From NCBI GenBank assembly GCA_951406725.2, contig OX597819.1:81034001-81098000 (forward strand): a stretch of 64,000 nucleotides of DNA, given 5' to 3'. The notes under the pieces were generated by a model that worked only from the letters and a program-made list of their open reading frames with translations, did not search any database and was not told where the DNA came from. Origin of the DNA: Octopus vulgaris (Eukaryota). The translations under genes and the position numbers were made by a program. Positions 1 through 15,202 of this stretch are shown here, in pieces (position 1 is the first letter of the stretch; each line of letters opens with the position of its first letter).

Positions 1-1275
1 AGAAAACAAAAGCACATTGCAGAGCGCGTTATTGAATAACATGGAAATAAAAGTTGAAAATCAATTCTTTCTGTGCTGTCCGATGTGACTCCTGATATAG
101 ATCTTTCCTCTCAAAAGTCTTAAGTTGCTCTGGTAGTTGAAAAACATTGGGAATGTGTATCATTTACGATGAATGGACACCAGGGAAATATGTCTCGTGT
201 ATCACATGTGATACACAGGACAGATAAAGGGTTAATGAAAGTGTGGTGAGAAAAAATGTATCAACGACATCCCATTCCACGACACGAAGCGACGTTGGCC
301 ATGATAAAAACATCTCTGTTGAGAGGTCAAATAATTATTTCAAATAATCCTTTCTTCTAGAGGTACAAGGCCTGAAATTTTGCTGGGAAGGGACTAAGTC
401 GATTTCATCGACCCCAGTGTTTTACTGGTACGTGCTAACGATTCTGCCAGCTCACCGCCTTAGAGCTAATAATAATAGTGGTTTCAAATTTTGCCTCAAT
501 GGCAGCAATTTTGGGGGAGGGGATGAGTCGATTACATCAATCCCAGTGTTTAGCTGGTACTTAATTTATCGACCCCGAAAGGATGAAAGGCAAAGTCGAC
601 CTCGGCGGAATATGAACTCAGAACGTAGCGACGGGCAAAATACCGATAAGTATTTCGTCATGGCTCTCCATGGCTACTTCGAAAGACAGAGGAGTGGAAG
701 GAACGACTAGAGGAAGGAAGAGGGAGGGAGTTATGGGATGAGTTATACAAATGAGAAGTTTGTTTTGTGCAATTTTACTGTATATCGATAGACATATCGA
801 TTACCTGAGTAGGTGGTTTCTCGATAGCTGTGATACAATTACCAAATATGGTATCATTAAAATTCGAACAAAGACTCTACAGGGTCGAATTAGGTGAGCA
901 ATCAATTGCAAGTGTTTTGCCCAAACACGCACGCGTGCACACACAAACACAAACACACACACACACACACACTCACAAATAGCATACAAACACACACAAA
1001 GGTAATGGTGGTGTGATGTGGTGCGTGTGTGTGCGTATGCGTGTGCGCGTGCGTGTTTGTGCATGTGTGCGTGTGCCTTTGTGTTTGTGTTTGTTCTTTA
1101 CCACCACTTGACGACCGGTTCCGCAAAAGAGACAGATAGAATAATGTACCAACCTTAAAAAGAAGTACTTGGGTCGATTTTTCTAATTAAAGCTCTTCGA
1201 GGTGGTACACTAACATGGCCGCAGTCCAATGACTAACACAACTAAAAAATACGAGTACATATATATATATATATA

Positions 1276-2581
<1,306 letters not shown>

Positions 2582-2596
2582 ACGCATTATATATAC

Positions 2597-2631
<35 letters not shown>

Positions 2632-3308
2632 AAATTAAATTAGAGATAAAACCACTAATAGGCAAATAAAACAGTAAAAAACCAAAAACAAAAACATAAA
2701 AATAAAAATATAATATAGAAAATATAGAAAATATAAAAATGAAAAATTTAAATTATTTAAATCTAAAATAAAAATTATTAAATTATATTTATAATTTGTT
2801 TAAAAATATATATAACTATCAAAAAGTATTAAAAAGTTTAATATACATAAATACAGATATATACACTTTGTATATATACATTATATATACATATTTATAT
2901 ATAGAACACACACACACACATATATAAATGAACGCAAGAAATATCCGATTCATAATATTTGTTCTCATGATTGTGTGTTGTTAGTGGCGATGATAATTCT
3001 CTCTATGAATGCAGACAGATACATAAAAGAACACCGTTTGACGAACTTATAAAATGAAACTGAAGGGGAGTTAGAGGGGAATGGAGGAAATAGTGTGAGT
3101 GAGTGAGGAAGACATATACGTAAAAGAATGGGAGTGGACTCGTCAAAGTGGGTTTTTGGCCCCTAGCAACGACACCTTTTAAGATAGGGATTTCTAAGGT
3201 AGCCCACGGGTATCGTCACCTCATTTTACATGTCTCTGTAAATTTTGGAGTGAATCCGACGGGATGTAGTGGCCTTGAAAGCGATCCAAGCGGTCGAAAC
3301 GCATTTCA

Positions 3309-3400
<92 letters not shown>

Positions 3401-3687
3401 GAGAGATGCTTCGTACATTCCGAAGTCCTTATTAAGGGAATGAAACCAAGTGATGACGTCATCAGTACAATTCCAAAGTGGAAGCTTAACATTACTTCTT
3501 ACTAAAGGTGTAATTCGGTCAATTATGCATTTGCATATGTATGTATATGTATTTATATTTTATATATCAAGCCCAAGCGTGTCCATCTACATCACTATCC
3601 CGCTCTAGCTTTCCCCTCTGCCTCCCCTCTATATATATATACATACATACATACATACATACATACATACATACATACATACATACA

Positions 3688-4370
3688 GAAGGATTAGTAA
3701 CATATCGCACTGGTTAACTCTGGTAGTGACAAAACTGACACCCCAAAGCAGAACCACCCACATAGCAAAAAAACTACCGTCTAATTGTATGCCAGAACTT
3801 AATGTATAAAGTGTACACAGCTTGTTTAAACCTCTTCCTCCAAGACCATTGTGAAAGTAATAATATCATCGCAGTAGGACAAGTTGTTTGGAAAAAAGGG
3901 GTTTGTAGATGTGCCGAGCAATTGTTAATAAGCAAAATTGTAATGTCAGAAGAGCGGCAGCATAGGAGGAAACGGGGTTCAATGTGGCTGGACTACAAGA
4001 AAGCCTTTGACTATGTCCCCACTTCTGGATACTAGAAGCTCTTCGACGTGCTAAAGTTCCAGAGAGCATAGTCAAAGTCATAGCTGACCTGACTTCATCG
4101 TGGGTCACCATCTTGAAGTTAAGCACAAAGACTGATGTATTAACATTGATGAAATGTCAGAGGTATGTTCCAGTGGGACAATCTCTCTGTGATGCTGTTC
4201 ATACCTTCAGTAAACCCCTTGTCATTTACGTTGAGGAAGTTTGAGGGGTATCTCATTGGTTTATTTACAAAGGGATAGAAATACAAAAATTACAAACTGC
4301 TTCTTTGTGGACGACTTGAAACTATATGCCAGAAATATGCGTGAGATGAAAAAGAACATTGATCTAGCAT
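3688..4370 (+). mobile_element. R4/Dong-clade non-LTR retrotransposon RT fragment, decayed
   Basis: MYKVYTACL, EQLLISK, WLDYKKAFDYVP, RGMFQWDNLS (GIFQGDSLS-like), FFVDDLKLYA. Confidence 0.78.
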
Positions 4371-5690
4371 AGCATTCACTGCGTCCTACTCATCTTGCAT
4401 GAGAATTACATTAAGTGTACGCGTAGCTGTGGAGTTAATATTTAATTTGTTCCGGCAGTGGAGATCCGTTCACATTTTACTCACCGCCGTGGGAAAATTC
4501 ACAAACAATAAACAAGTAAGGTCAATTATTCCCATGAAGAAATTATCGCATCCAGAACCGCATAAAAGCAAATCCTTTTGAATTATTTTTTTACGTAATA
4601 ACAAAGAAAAGAAATAGTTCATATGAGAAACAAATAAAAGGGGGTTTAAGTTTGAAACATTAAATTTAATTTGGCGATTCATGATTGTGTCCATGTACAT
4701 ACCAGAACTGAAGAAAAGAACAATGAAAACCTCACAAAAAACGTCATCTGCAGACCACAAAATTGAGCACGACTAAAAACATGTGAGATTCTATTTACAA
4801 ATAATCGCTTCAAATCTTGAAGCAGTGATCTTAGCTGACGTAAGTTGATTACATCCATACCAGTGTTCAGCTGTGGCTTATTTTATTCAACCCGATGGAA
4901 TGGAAGGCAAAAGTCAATTTCGTGCGGCGCGGTAGCAAGCTTACCACCTTTATTCTATTTGCAAGTAATTGTTTTAAATTTTTGGCTCAAGGCCATCAAT
5001 TTTAAGAGAAGTTGATTAGTTGCTTACATCGATTCCAGTACTTGACTAGGATTTTGTTTTATCGACCTCTAAAGGATGAAGGATAAAAATGATCTCCGCT
5101 AATACTCATCAATAATCACGCACCATCTTAACATAATGGCAACAAAACCAGTACAGAATATTCACTGCTTTCACTAAGAGCTGTAAAATATACTCTATTG
5201 AGGGCACTTACATTTGTGTGTGTGTGTACACTAGCTGTTCGGGTTATATTTGAATGGTTTTTATCCTCGATTTTTTTTCCGGATCAGCTTGATGAATTAG
5301 TGAATAGTCAACGGCGTTGGAGAGCATAAGGATTAAGAGAAAAGTTAACTGAAATAGAAAACTGGAAACCAGTGTGTGTGTGTGTGTGTGAGTATGTATA
5401 TATCGCGTCTTGTCCTTGCCTTCGAAACATGGAGTAGTTGAAACAGGAACAACTACAGAAGGGGAATATTCTTTATGTTGGATGTCACGTCTCTCTATTT
5501 GTTTGTTTTTATTTTTCATTGTTCGAAAAAAGTTCGTTTCTATGTTTTTGTTTTTATGCTTTCGTTTCTCTTGTGTTCAACGTTTTTCTTTTTTTGATGT
5601 CCTGTATCCATTTATGCATGCATATATACATATATATGTAGGTATGTACATATATGTATATATGCATATATTTATATATTATTTATATTA

Positions 5691-5747
<57 letters not shown>

Positions 5748-5814
5748 TAAATTATTAGAGAGTTAACCACTATGTGGATAACTCTAGTGCTAAAAATATG
5801 CATATATATATGTT

Positions 5815-5860
<46 letters not shown>

Positions 5861-6151
5861 CAGTATAAAGATAGGACCTATTAATAGTTACTTTAGTGGA
5901 GATGTCTCTAGGCAGGTTTTCATAATGCACCTTGTGTCTCCAAGCAAGCCTGAAGACTGCTTGAAGACACAAAGTGCATTATAAAAACCTGTCTAGAAGC
6001 ATGTTCTCACACCAAGAAACTACGAATAGGTCTTACCTTTATAAAGTTTACATTAAATGATATTTATCTCTCAATGGATGGAATACATTTTTGTTGATCT
6101 TACATTAATGGAGCACTCAAGTACATACATACATACATACATACATATTTA

Positions 6152-6190
<39 letters not shown>

Positions 6191-6203
6191 GCATTATTAT
6201 ATA

Positions 6204-7048
6204 CTAGCAGAATTGCCCGGCGTTGCTCGGGGCTGAATTGCTTGAAAGTACTGTTAATGATTGCACTGAATTATGATGATTATTCAGGCAAATATTGATA
6301 TAAGTTTACGGTGGGAGATAAGGACTTAACGATCAAACGTGTGCCATTGCATTGTTTTGGGAGAACCAAATTTCTGATGAGCATTATAGGGGCACCAACT
6401 TTAAGTTTGAGAAAGTGTGGTGGTAGTCCGGGGTGCTCAAAGGAATTGAGTACCTCTATTGGATAGTTGATGACGTCCTCTGGGTCAAGAGTTGTATCGA
6501 TAGACTGATATACATAGACTTCCCCAGGAATGAGTTTTAGCATTTCATCATTAATATGGTGAACAGTTTTATTCCTCGGGGCCAGTATAGCCTTTTTTCC
6601 AATCCAATCCATATTCTGATAATTAGCTTGTAGATCTGGGAACACTGCATCTCTGAGATCAGAAGGTGTCTTAACAATGGTACAAATGGAATCGATGGCA
6701 ATATTACCATTTTCATCCCCTGGTATTTTGCCTTCGCCAAGTGCAAAGAGGGTGTGAGGAAATGCTGCTGATGTGATATTACGTCGCATATGAGCACGCA
6801 TATTGGTGTGAAGTTTGAGAGTTACTTCCCTTTATTTAAAAAAATATGCATTAAAATGGAAAAAAATGATGGTAAATTATTTGTAAAATCGTAGACTCAT
6901 CGTAAACGCGCGCTAATACCCAGAAGGGCTCGATATGAATCACAACTATAAGATACCCGGTTTTGGTTAAACTGCATCGCAAAATGTGGGAGTAGTTAGG
7001 AATCTAAATCGGAGTAGACAGACACACAACCTTTCTTTTATATATAAA
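6204..7048 (-). mobile_element. Internally deleted Helitron carrying a PIF1-type helicase fragment
   Basis: ORF 6280..6801 has AILAPRN and GLPPHFLKLKVGAPIMLIRNL..CNGTRLIV. The 3' end has a GC hairpin (6216-6231) followed by CTAG. Confidence 0.88.
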
Positions 7049-7327
7049 TATTTTCGTCCTAAAAAACTTTGTATGGATTGAATGGTTACCTCTATGGAAA
7101 TATATACACGCACATTATACATACATGTGTGTATAGATTAAAAACTGGACCTGGCACGACCCGATTTATTCTACTCTTAAAAATGCTAGGTAAAGTGTAA
7201 TTGAAGAAATCCTATATTGTAGATTTCTATAAGAGACAAAGGGAGGCAGATAAAATCTGCCTTTTATAATAAGAGATATATTTACATACATTATATAAAC
7301 ATACATTATGTATGTATATACATGCAT

Positions 7328-7365
<38 letters not shown>

Positions 7366-7384
7366 CACACAATGTATTCTTCCA

Positions 7385-7758
7385 TTCTTTTGTTCTTTTA
7401 TTCGTTTCAATCATTTGACTGTGGCCATGCTGGAGCACCTCCGTTAGTCGAACAAATCGAACCCAGGACTTATTCTTTGTAAGCGTAGTACTTGTTCTAT
7501 CGGTCTCTTACGCTGAACCGCTAACCATCGGTTGTCAAGCGATTTGGGGTGGGGACATAGAAACAAAAACCTACACACACACACACAGACATATACGACG
7601 GGCTTCTTTCAGTTCCCGTCTATCAAATCCACTCACAAGGGTTTGGTCGGCTCGAGGCTATAGTAGAAGACACTTGCGCAAGGTTCCACACAGTGGGGCT
7701 GAACGCAGGACCCTGTTGTTGGTAAGCAAGCTACTTACCACACAGCCACAGTTGCGCC
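7385..7758 (-). mobile_element. tRNA-derived SINE family A
   Basis: Homologous to 44015-44423: tRNA-like head, CORE-like CCTTGGGCAAGTG region, internal (TG/TA)n, (A)AAAGA tail. Confidence 0.85.
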
Positions 7759-7775
7759 TATGTTTGTAAATAATG

Positions 7776-7813
<38 letters not shown>

Positions 7814-8199
7814 CATTATAAATATATATATATACATATATATATATATATGTATATACAATCATTATATATACACATACATTATATATACTTACATATA
7901 TATATATACATACATTATATATATATATATATATAAATACATACATTATATATATATGTATATATGTATGTACACATGATATATATGTATATGCATATAT
8001 TTATATTTATATATATTTGAAAGAATGAGTAGAGATGGCTTTTTTGAGGGGATAATTTTCATTTTAATCTTAATCATGTTTGCAGAGAGTTACTATGATA
8101 TGAGTTTCGATCTTCCAATAGCCGTTTTCAAACTGAAAATTGTATGTTTTACCGGTTGCTTGAATAGCAAAATATTTTTTGTTACAAGTACGTTTTCTT

Positions 8200-8872
8200 A
8201 AAGAACAAAAATATCCCTCTAGTTTAATTGACACAGCAATCACCAAAGCAAAAAGACATCCCAGCTACAGACCTCAGAGTAAAACAAACACACAGATATA
8301 AAATTGAACTCATAAACATTCATTTTATCATCACCGACAACCCAAGAAATCACGACATCATCAATACTGCAAAAAGATACCTCCTAATTCTTCAAAAACC
8401 ATCAAGAATGAGCAAATTTATAACAGATTAAAAAAAATTTTACAGCAGACGTCAAGCACCCAATCTAAGAAAGATCTTAACCCAAGCAAGTTTTAAAACT
8501 AGAGTAACAACAGTGAGAGTACAAAAATGTGGTGACCCTCGCTGTGGAATGTGTGATTACATTGAAGAAGGAGAACAGCTTACTTTCAAAGACAAAAACA
8601 TCTTTAAAATAAATGCAAATATAAATTGCAAACCCAGAAACCAGAATGCAAAGAATACTACATTGGTGAAACGGGCATATGAGAGAGTAAGGGTACATAA
8701 ACAACAAATCCATGGCTCTTCTGTTAGAAACACAACTTGCATTGAACACTTCAAAAAATGTTGGAAAAGAAAATTTAAAATATTCCCTTTATTCAAACTA
8801 TGGACAGAAAATGGAACTTTTATAAGACCAAGGAAGAACACTTTATTCGAAAATACCAACTGAAACTGAACG
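8200..8872 (+). mobile_element. Penelope-like element, GIY-YIG endonuclease region, decayed
   Basis: RQAPNLRKIL, CGDPRCGMC, INCK, YIGETG (frameshifted), ERVRVHKQQI..HF. Confidence 0.78.
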
Positions 8873-8924
8873 AAAAGTAATAGCAAAATGAAAATTACAT
8901 ATGAGTATACACATTTTTATGCAC

Positions 8925-9765
8925 TCGGGTGTACACCTTATGTGTGTATGTATGTGTGTACATGTGTGCATATGTATATATGTGTACGTGTGTATATATG
9001 TGTGCGCATGTGTGTGTATGTATGTGTGTTTGTATGTATAAATATGTGAGCGTGTGTGTTTATATGTGTATGTATTGGTGTGTATGCATACATGCACATA
9101 CTTGCACATATGAATGGGTGTATGTATGTGTGTGTCTTGAGATATTCCATACGTATATATATATATGCGTGTACATTTATGTATAATTTATATATGTGTG
9201 TGTATGCCTGTATATATATATGTGTGTGTATGTGTATATGTGTATATATATATGTATATATATGTGTGTGTGTATGGATGTATATGTATGTATACCTATG
9301 TACATATATATGTGTTTGTATAAGTGCATCTATATGTGCGTGTGAGTAGGCATGTGTGTAGGAGATGTAGATACATATATGCATGTATGCGTATATATGT
9401 ACGTATTTGTATATATGTATGTGTGTATGTATATGTATATGTGTGTGTTGGCGCATGAGTGTATATATATGTAGGTATGTATCTGTATATATATGTGTGT
9501 ATATATATATATATGTGTGTACGTGCGCATATGTGTATGTGTATATGTATGCAATGCATATGTGTATATATGAATACATATACATATGTATGTGTATGTA
9601 TGTATGTGTGTATATCTTTATGTGTACATATGTGTGTATATATGTATGCATACGTTTGTACGTGTGTATGTATGCATGTACATGTATGTGTGTATGTATA
9701 TATATATATGTATGCATATGTGTGTGTGTGTATGTGTATATATGCATATATGTGTACGTATATAC
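8925..9765. repeat. Long degenerate (TG/TA)n low-complexity tract
   Basis: Directly visible; source of many spurious H/T/Y/I and C/V/M/Y ORFs. Similar tracts at 2475-2630, 7760-8015, 39236-39530, 39895-40035, 42195-42650, 61035-61200, 62060-62145, 62473-62625. Confidence 0.95.
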
Positions 9766-9991
9766 ACCATACCACCTGTGGGAACAGAATAGGTGACCTC
9801 AAATCGATAAGCACCACAAGTTATCTTTTGACAAGAACACAACAGTACTAACCACTTAAAATATTCCATTTCCTTATTCCTGATAGACTTAAATCTCCCC
9901 ACTGTTTTCAATTCCTATTAATCTTATTTTTTTATTTACTTTCTTCTTCTTCCTTCACGTGATTTTGTATGCTTTATATATATCTTTAACA

Positions 9992-10026
<35 letters not shown>

Positions 10027-10032
10027 TTAACA

Positions 10033-10077
<45 letters not shown>

Positions 10078-10934
10078 TTATATATAAATATATATGATTG
10101 TTAAAGAAGACAACAAACGTTAAGGCAAGGCAAACATCTCAAGTCATTACTTTATTATTATTGGAAAAATTCAAAGTCTTACAGCTGTTTCTGGGATACC
10201 TCAGAAACAGCTTTAAAACTTTGGAATTTTTTCCAATAATAATAATGTATATGACTTGAGATGTTTACCTTGCCTTAAAGTTTATTGTCCTCTTTAACAA
10301 TTATATATCCGCTATATCAGAAATATGTACTCTTTGGCACTGAATAATCATACAAAATATATCAGAACGCAATAAAACAACCTTGTAAATTGACTAAATA
10401 TGCATTTCTTGTCCGACAATGAGGAAAACCTCAGGAAATCCTCTGAATAGGTAAGTTTTTGATCTCTGCTGCACAGGACAGTAAAAATATTAGTACTTCA
10501 AGAGAAAAAAATTGACGGTGTGTCTGCTGGCTTATCACAGCTGAAAGGCAGGTAATAACATATCTGCTTTCTCTTTCTTGGTCACTTCTCTTACTATGAC
10601 TGAAAGGAAGTAGTAAAAAATTTACTAACTGTTGACAACTTAACACGGCTGAAAGGCAAGCAGTAAAATATCTGATTTCTGTCTTCCCCTTTTTTAACTG
10701 GTACAGTATAATATATATTCGAAAGAATGAGTAGATATGGCCTTTTTGAAGGCATAATTTTTATTTTAATCTTAATAATAATGCTTACAGTGAGTTTCAC
10801 TGATATGAGTTTCGATCTTCAAATAGCCGTTTTCAACGTGAAAAATGTATGTTTTACTGGTTGCTTAAAAAGCAAAAGATTTTTTATCACAAGTATACAT
10901 GCACAAAAATATACACAGAAAAAAGAAAAGAGAC

Positions 10935-11135
10935 CTTGATGCATCCCACCCTCTTTGCAATATACTTTGCTGTTGCGTTGTCACATGCTTTTCAAAACTC
11001 TGATGAGGGTATTTACATAAAACATCGAACAACGGAATGTTTTTAATCTGACCAGATTAAAATTCGAAACGAAGGTTTTTACTTCACTCATTAGGGAACT
11101 TTTGTATACTGATGATTGCAATCTTGTCAGTCTTT
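10935..11135 (+). mobile_element. RTE-clade RT fragment
   Basis: PTLFAIYFAVALSHAF..GIYIKHRT, FNLTRLK, IRELLYTDDC. Confidence 0.72.
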
Positions 11136-11739
11136 CTGAAACAGGTCTGGTCAGATTAAAAACATTCCCTGTTGTTTTACTTGTCCTGTCGTTTACAGTT
11201 TTTATTTTTATTTTTACTATCTTGTATTGTTTTTACTGTCCTGTTTTTGTTACCACTTTTACCCCTCCGCAAAAAATCTCAAATTATTTGCGGGAAGGAC
11301 CGTTTCATTGAAGTCGTGTCTCGCCTTTACTTTCGAAACGCGGAGTAGACGAAACGGAGGCGGCTGAAGAAGGTGAATTTTCCTTGTGTTGTGTCTTGTA
11401 CCCTGTTTTTTTCCTTGTTTAAAAAATGTCCGTTTCCACGGTTCTGTTTTTATGTTTTCGTTTCTCATTGTGTTTGAGGTTTTTTTTTTGGTGTCCTGTA
11501 CCTATATATGCATGTATATATACATATAGATGTAGGTACGTACATATATGTATGTATATATACATATGATTTATTTATTATTTTATTATATGACGAAACG
11601 CCACGCATCCTCTTCTAAGTAAGCTTTATTTATCTATCTATCTATATATATATATACACCAGAGTAAGCACATGAATGTGACACAAGATTAAAAAAATAG
11701 TGCTCAAATACCGGAGGTAGAGTAATATGCTTTATTTAT

Positions 11740-12640
11740 AGATAACTTATATTGGTTTCGGCCATGACCATAACTAACTCAATAGCACCATCTGGAAAAG
11801 TTTTTTAGTTAATTATTCCGGGACACCATGAACCACCCAAGTAGAGAGTAATTTTGGTTGAGACATATCCAGATTTATCCGGTATTTCCTGGAGGAATTT
11901 GTCCAGGTACCGTTTGAAAGTTGTGTGTTTCCTTCGGAATAACATTGAAAAGAGCGTTTTTGGCAGACGATTTAGCATCTCTAGGTTGTCTCGTATGTAG
12001 CTCTGTATGTGTTTTAGGAAAAGTTTTAGTGGGATGTCCAAGAAGTTGCCGAGTCTGTGTGTTTCACATGCCAGGTCTGCTACAATTGGTCTCAATTTTA
12101 GATCCTCTGGAGGTGTTAGCTGTATTTGTTTGTTGAGGATTTGCAGGCAACATTTATCCTTTTGCATATATGGAATTTAGATAAACCCTAGAAATTGCTC
12201 GTTTTGCATTTGAAGTGGCATAAATAGTAAATTTCTTTGCTGGTTAAGCCTTTGTTATACTTCTTTAAATGCGTTGTAAGGTTTCCTATTATATTTGACT
12301 TTTTGTAGTGGGTTACTTTTTCATAATAGCTGTTGTCCTCTAGCATTGTGAGTGATAGGCCTTCATAGTAATTTGTGTCCATGATAACAACAGTGCTCTC
12401 TTTATCAGCTTCGTTGATAGTTATATCCATATATTCTTGTAAGTCCAGTAGATTCTTCCATTCATATTTTGTAAAGTTTGATTTATTTTCAAAGGGGAAG
12501 TTCATAATGTATTCACAGAAGGAGTCCAGTGCTTTATTTAACCCTTTATTTGGGCAAAAGTTGCTTTTGGCTAGTGATTCATCCTCATCAATAGAGTTGT
12601 TAGTGGAGTATTCGGCAGAATTCTGCAATGTCATTTTTCA
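11740..12640 (-). mobile_element. Penelope-like element, N-terminal RT region, decayed
   Basis: NFTKYEWKNLLDL..ITINEADKESTVVIMD..Y..ML, and LKLRPIVA..ETHRLGNFLD..SYIRD. Confidence 0.8.
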
Positions 12641-12905
12641 TACATACATTATATATGCTAAGTTACAGGGGTGTAAACACACCAACATGAGTTGTCGATG
12701 GTGGGGGGACAAACACACACACATATAAATATATGATGGGCTTCTTTCAGTTTCCATCTACCAAATCAACTCACATGGCTTTGGTTGGCCCAAGGTTATA
12801 ATAGTAAAAGACACTTGCCCAAAGTGCCGCACAGTGGGACTGAGCCTGGAACCATGTTGTTGGGAAGCTAGCTTCTTACCAGACAGCCATCCAGGGCTTC
12901 ACACT

Positions 12906-12967
<62 letters not shown>

Positions 12968-13690
12968 CATACACACACATAAACTATATGAATATTTCAG
13001 TATTTGTACTTGTGAAGATAATCAAAAAGGCCAGGGAAAAAGGAAAATGCAATAATGAGAAGCATGTTACAGATGAAAAAAATGAAAACATGCATTGACA
13101 AAACTTATACTCGATGTTCTTGTTAATAGAAATATAACAGGAAAATTATAAAAAGTCACCTGTTTAAATCACATTATAAGGTGTGGAGATAGCAACATTG
13201 GGATATAGAGAAACAAAAGGACACATAAAAAACAAAAATAAATAAAACTTTTTATGACTTAATATTCCTATTAGATGGATTTAAAATTCAGTATTTCACT
13301 AGGAAGATTTAGTAAGTAACCGTCTATTGCAGGAGCTGTATGTAGAATTACAAGTAAAAATACATAAAATCGAAAAAGAAATGTGGTAGTTGAAATTTTA
13401 CATGGGAAAATTTATATCTTTCTTTGAAGTCAGTATTATTTGGGAAAACTTTCACATAAAAAAACTTGTGAATTGAAAACTTGATGCAAGTGATTTTCTT
13501 TGTCTTGGGCAAAATGTTTAACTGCTTCTGATGGCAGAACCTCCCGTCTAGAGTTAGTCACCACTACTCCCATGTCCACTATGGCTCAAGGTGAGAAATT
13601 AGTACATTATGCCCAGATGTTATGAGAATCAGTCCCTCTGCCCCAAGGTTAAATAGACCCAATACCCCAAGGAGACTAGCAGAGTAAACT

Positions 13691-14590
13691 CAACCCTTTT
13701 AGCATTCAGATTACCCCGTCAAATGTAATCTCCTTTTATTCACATTATTTTGAATTAATCACTCAATATCTTCTAGCTTTGAGATTTCCATGATGTGATT
13801 GCTTATTTTTAGGACATTGAAAGGGAGGAGTAAAAGGCTAAATCTTGTCAGTTTGAACATAAAACAACCAGAATATTTGACCCAGACATGGCTGGTTTAA
13901 ACATTAACTTAATCTGGGTAAAGACAACAGGAAATCATAACTGTGTCTTTCTCAAGAAAAATCATAAATCTTCAGACTCTGGCAAGGAAGCCATGAATGC
14001 TATGCCTGTAAGTCATGGTACATGAAAAGAGATCTACATTATGGTCTAAAGAGTTCACATTTCTAGTCAGAGTAGTATAATTTAATAATAATTTACCTGA
14101 CAGATAAAATCTAATTTTTTTAATGAGTGAAAAGCAGGCTAGAAAAATTAATGATTAACCTATTAGCATTCAGATTACTTTGTCAAATGTTATACTTATA
14201 TATTTATTTTCTATAAAATTAATCCTGTAATATCTCATAGCTCTAAAATTTCGAAAATGTGATTGTTGATTTTTTTGAATGACATTGCAGGGTAGGTGTG
14301 AAAAGCTGGATCTCACCAATTTGAACATATAACAGGTAGTATATTTGGGATGGATATGGTCTGTTTAACCCTTTAGCATTCAAATTACTCCGTCAAATGT
14401 AACAGTTTTTTTATTCAAATTGTTTTGAATTAATCATGTACGATCTTATAGTTCTGAGATTTCAATGATTTGATTATTTATTTTTTTAAATATTAGTGTA
14501 GGTTATAGGTGAGAGGTTAGATATAACGAATCTGAATGTAAAACATGTAGAATATTTGAGCCGGATTTTGTTGGTTCAAATGCTAAATAC
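13691..14590. mobile_element. Three copies of a ~210-bp MITE-like repeat (13691-13905; tandem pair 14156-14590; another at 18249-18470)
   Basis: Each begins (TT)AACCCTTTAGCATTCAGATTAC and ends near GGTTTAAATGCTAAA, an imperfect TIR. The TTAA-CCC ends suggest a piggyBac type (inference). Confidence 0.65.
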
Positions 14591-14668
14591 ATCTTACCAG
14601 GTTTTTTTTTAATAATTGTGTAAAGAAAAATAAATGAAAAACTCCAAAAAACAAGAAAATGTTTATAT

Positions 14669-14678
14669 TTTATTTATT
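14669..14678 (-). promoter_or_regulatory. Polyadenylation signal(s) of the COX7A2L-like gene
   Basis: Overlapping AATAAA hexamers on the minus strand, followed by a U-rich downstream element (ttttcttgtttt). Confidence 0.6.
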
Positions 14679-14748
14679 AATCTAGAATGTTTATAATAGA
14701 ATTATGAACTCCTTTCACGCTAAATTGTTGAACTAATTTCCTCATATA

Positions 14749-14753
14749 TTAAT
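14749..14753 (-). CDS. COX7A2L: COX7A2L-like last exon, coding part only 5 nt (completes Asp, then TAA)
   Basis: Strong acceptor tttttcttcttttacag|ATTAA. Phase-1 junction G+AT gives GAT then TAA, so the C-terminus is FPRKID*. An AATAAA follows ~75 nt downstream. Choice of this exon is inferred. Confidence 0.7.
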
Positions 14754-15202
14754 CTGTAAAAGAAGAAAAATATTATAATATACATTTGAATTGAACATAA
14801 AACAGTTGTAACTCATAAACAAAATACAATTTTGCGTGTGCATGTGGACATGAGTAAACTGTGCATGAACATAAATACATGGATATACAGAAATGGATAT
14901 TCAAACATAGGCAGTCTTTTTAAGATCCTAGTTTTTGTGAACAAGCATTATCCAGTATTAAAAGGTACAGTATTGTGATAAGCATAAAATTGGAATCCAA
15001 TACTGAAATCAGATTTGGTATGCATTTGCTTTAATGAGAGCATATGTAACCACTATCTTATCCTTGGTTTCAAAAGTGCTGAGCAGAATCAAAATCATAA
15101 CAGTGAAATAATGATCATTTGTGCTTACAAACCAACCTGAGACCAACCGTTTCAAAATGGTCTAAATTAAAATTTTCTCATTAAAGTTACATTTTAATTT
15201 AT

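Noticed and set aside
3408-3470. Hammerhead-like CTGATGA...GAAGC on the minus strand
   Set aside because: GAAA core mutated, and stems I/III lost to the adjacent (GA)n.
8843-9911. Long ORFs (up to 269 aa) rich in H/T/Y/I or C/V/M/Y; likewise at 38946-39721, 41884-42714 and 60804-61291
   Set aside because: Translations of (TA/TG/CA)n repeats, which lack stop codons in most frames.
10431-10649. 71-aa minus ORF with a phase-compatible acceptor as COX7A2L last exon
   Set aside because: No family similarity and internally repetitive. The 14753 acceptor is stronger, nearer, gives the expected length and has a polyA signal.
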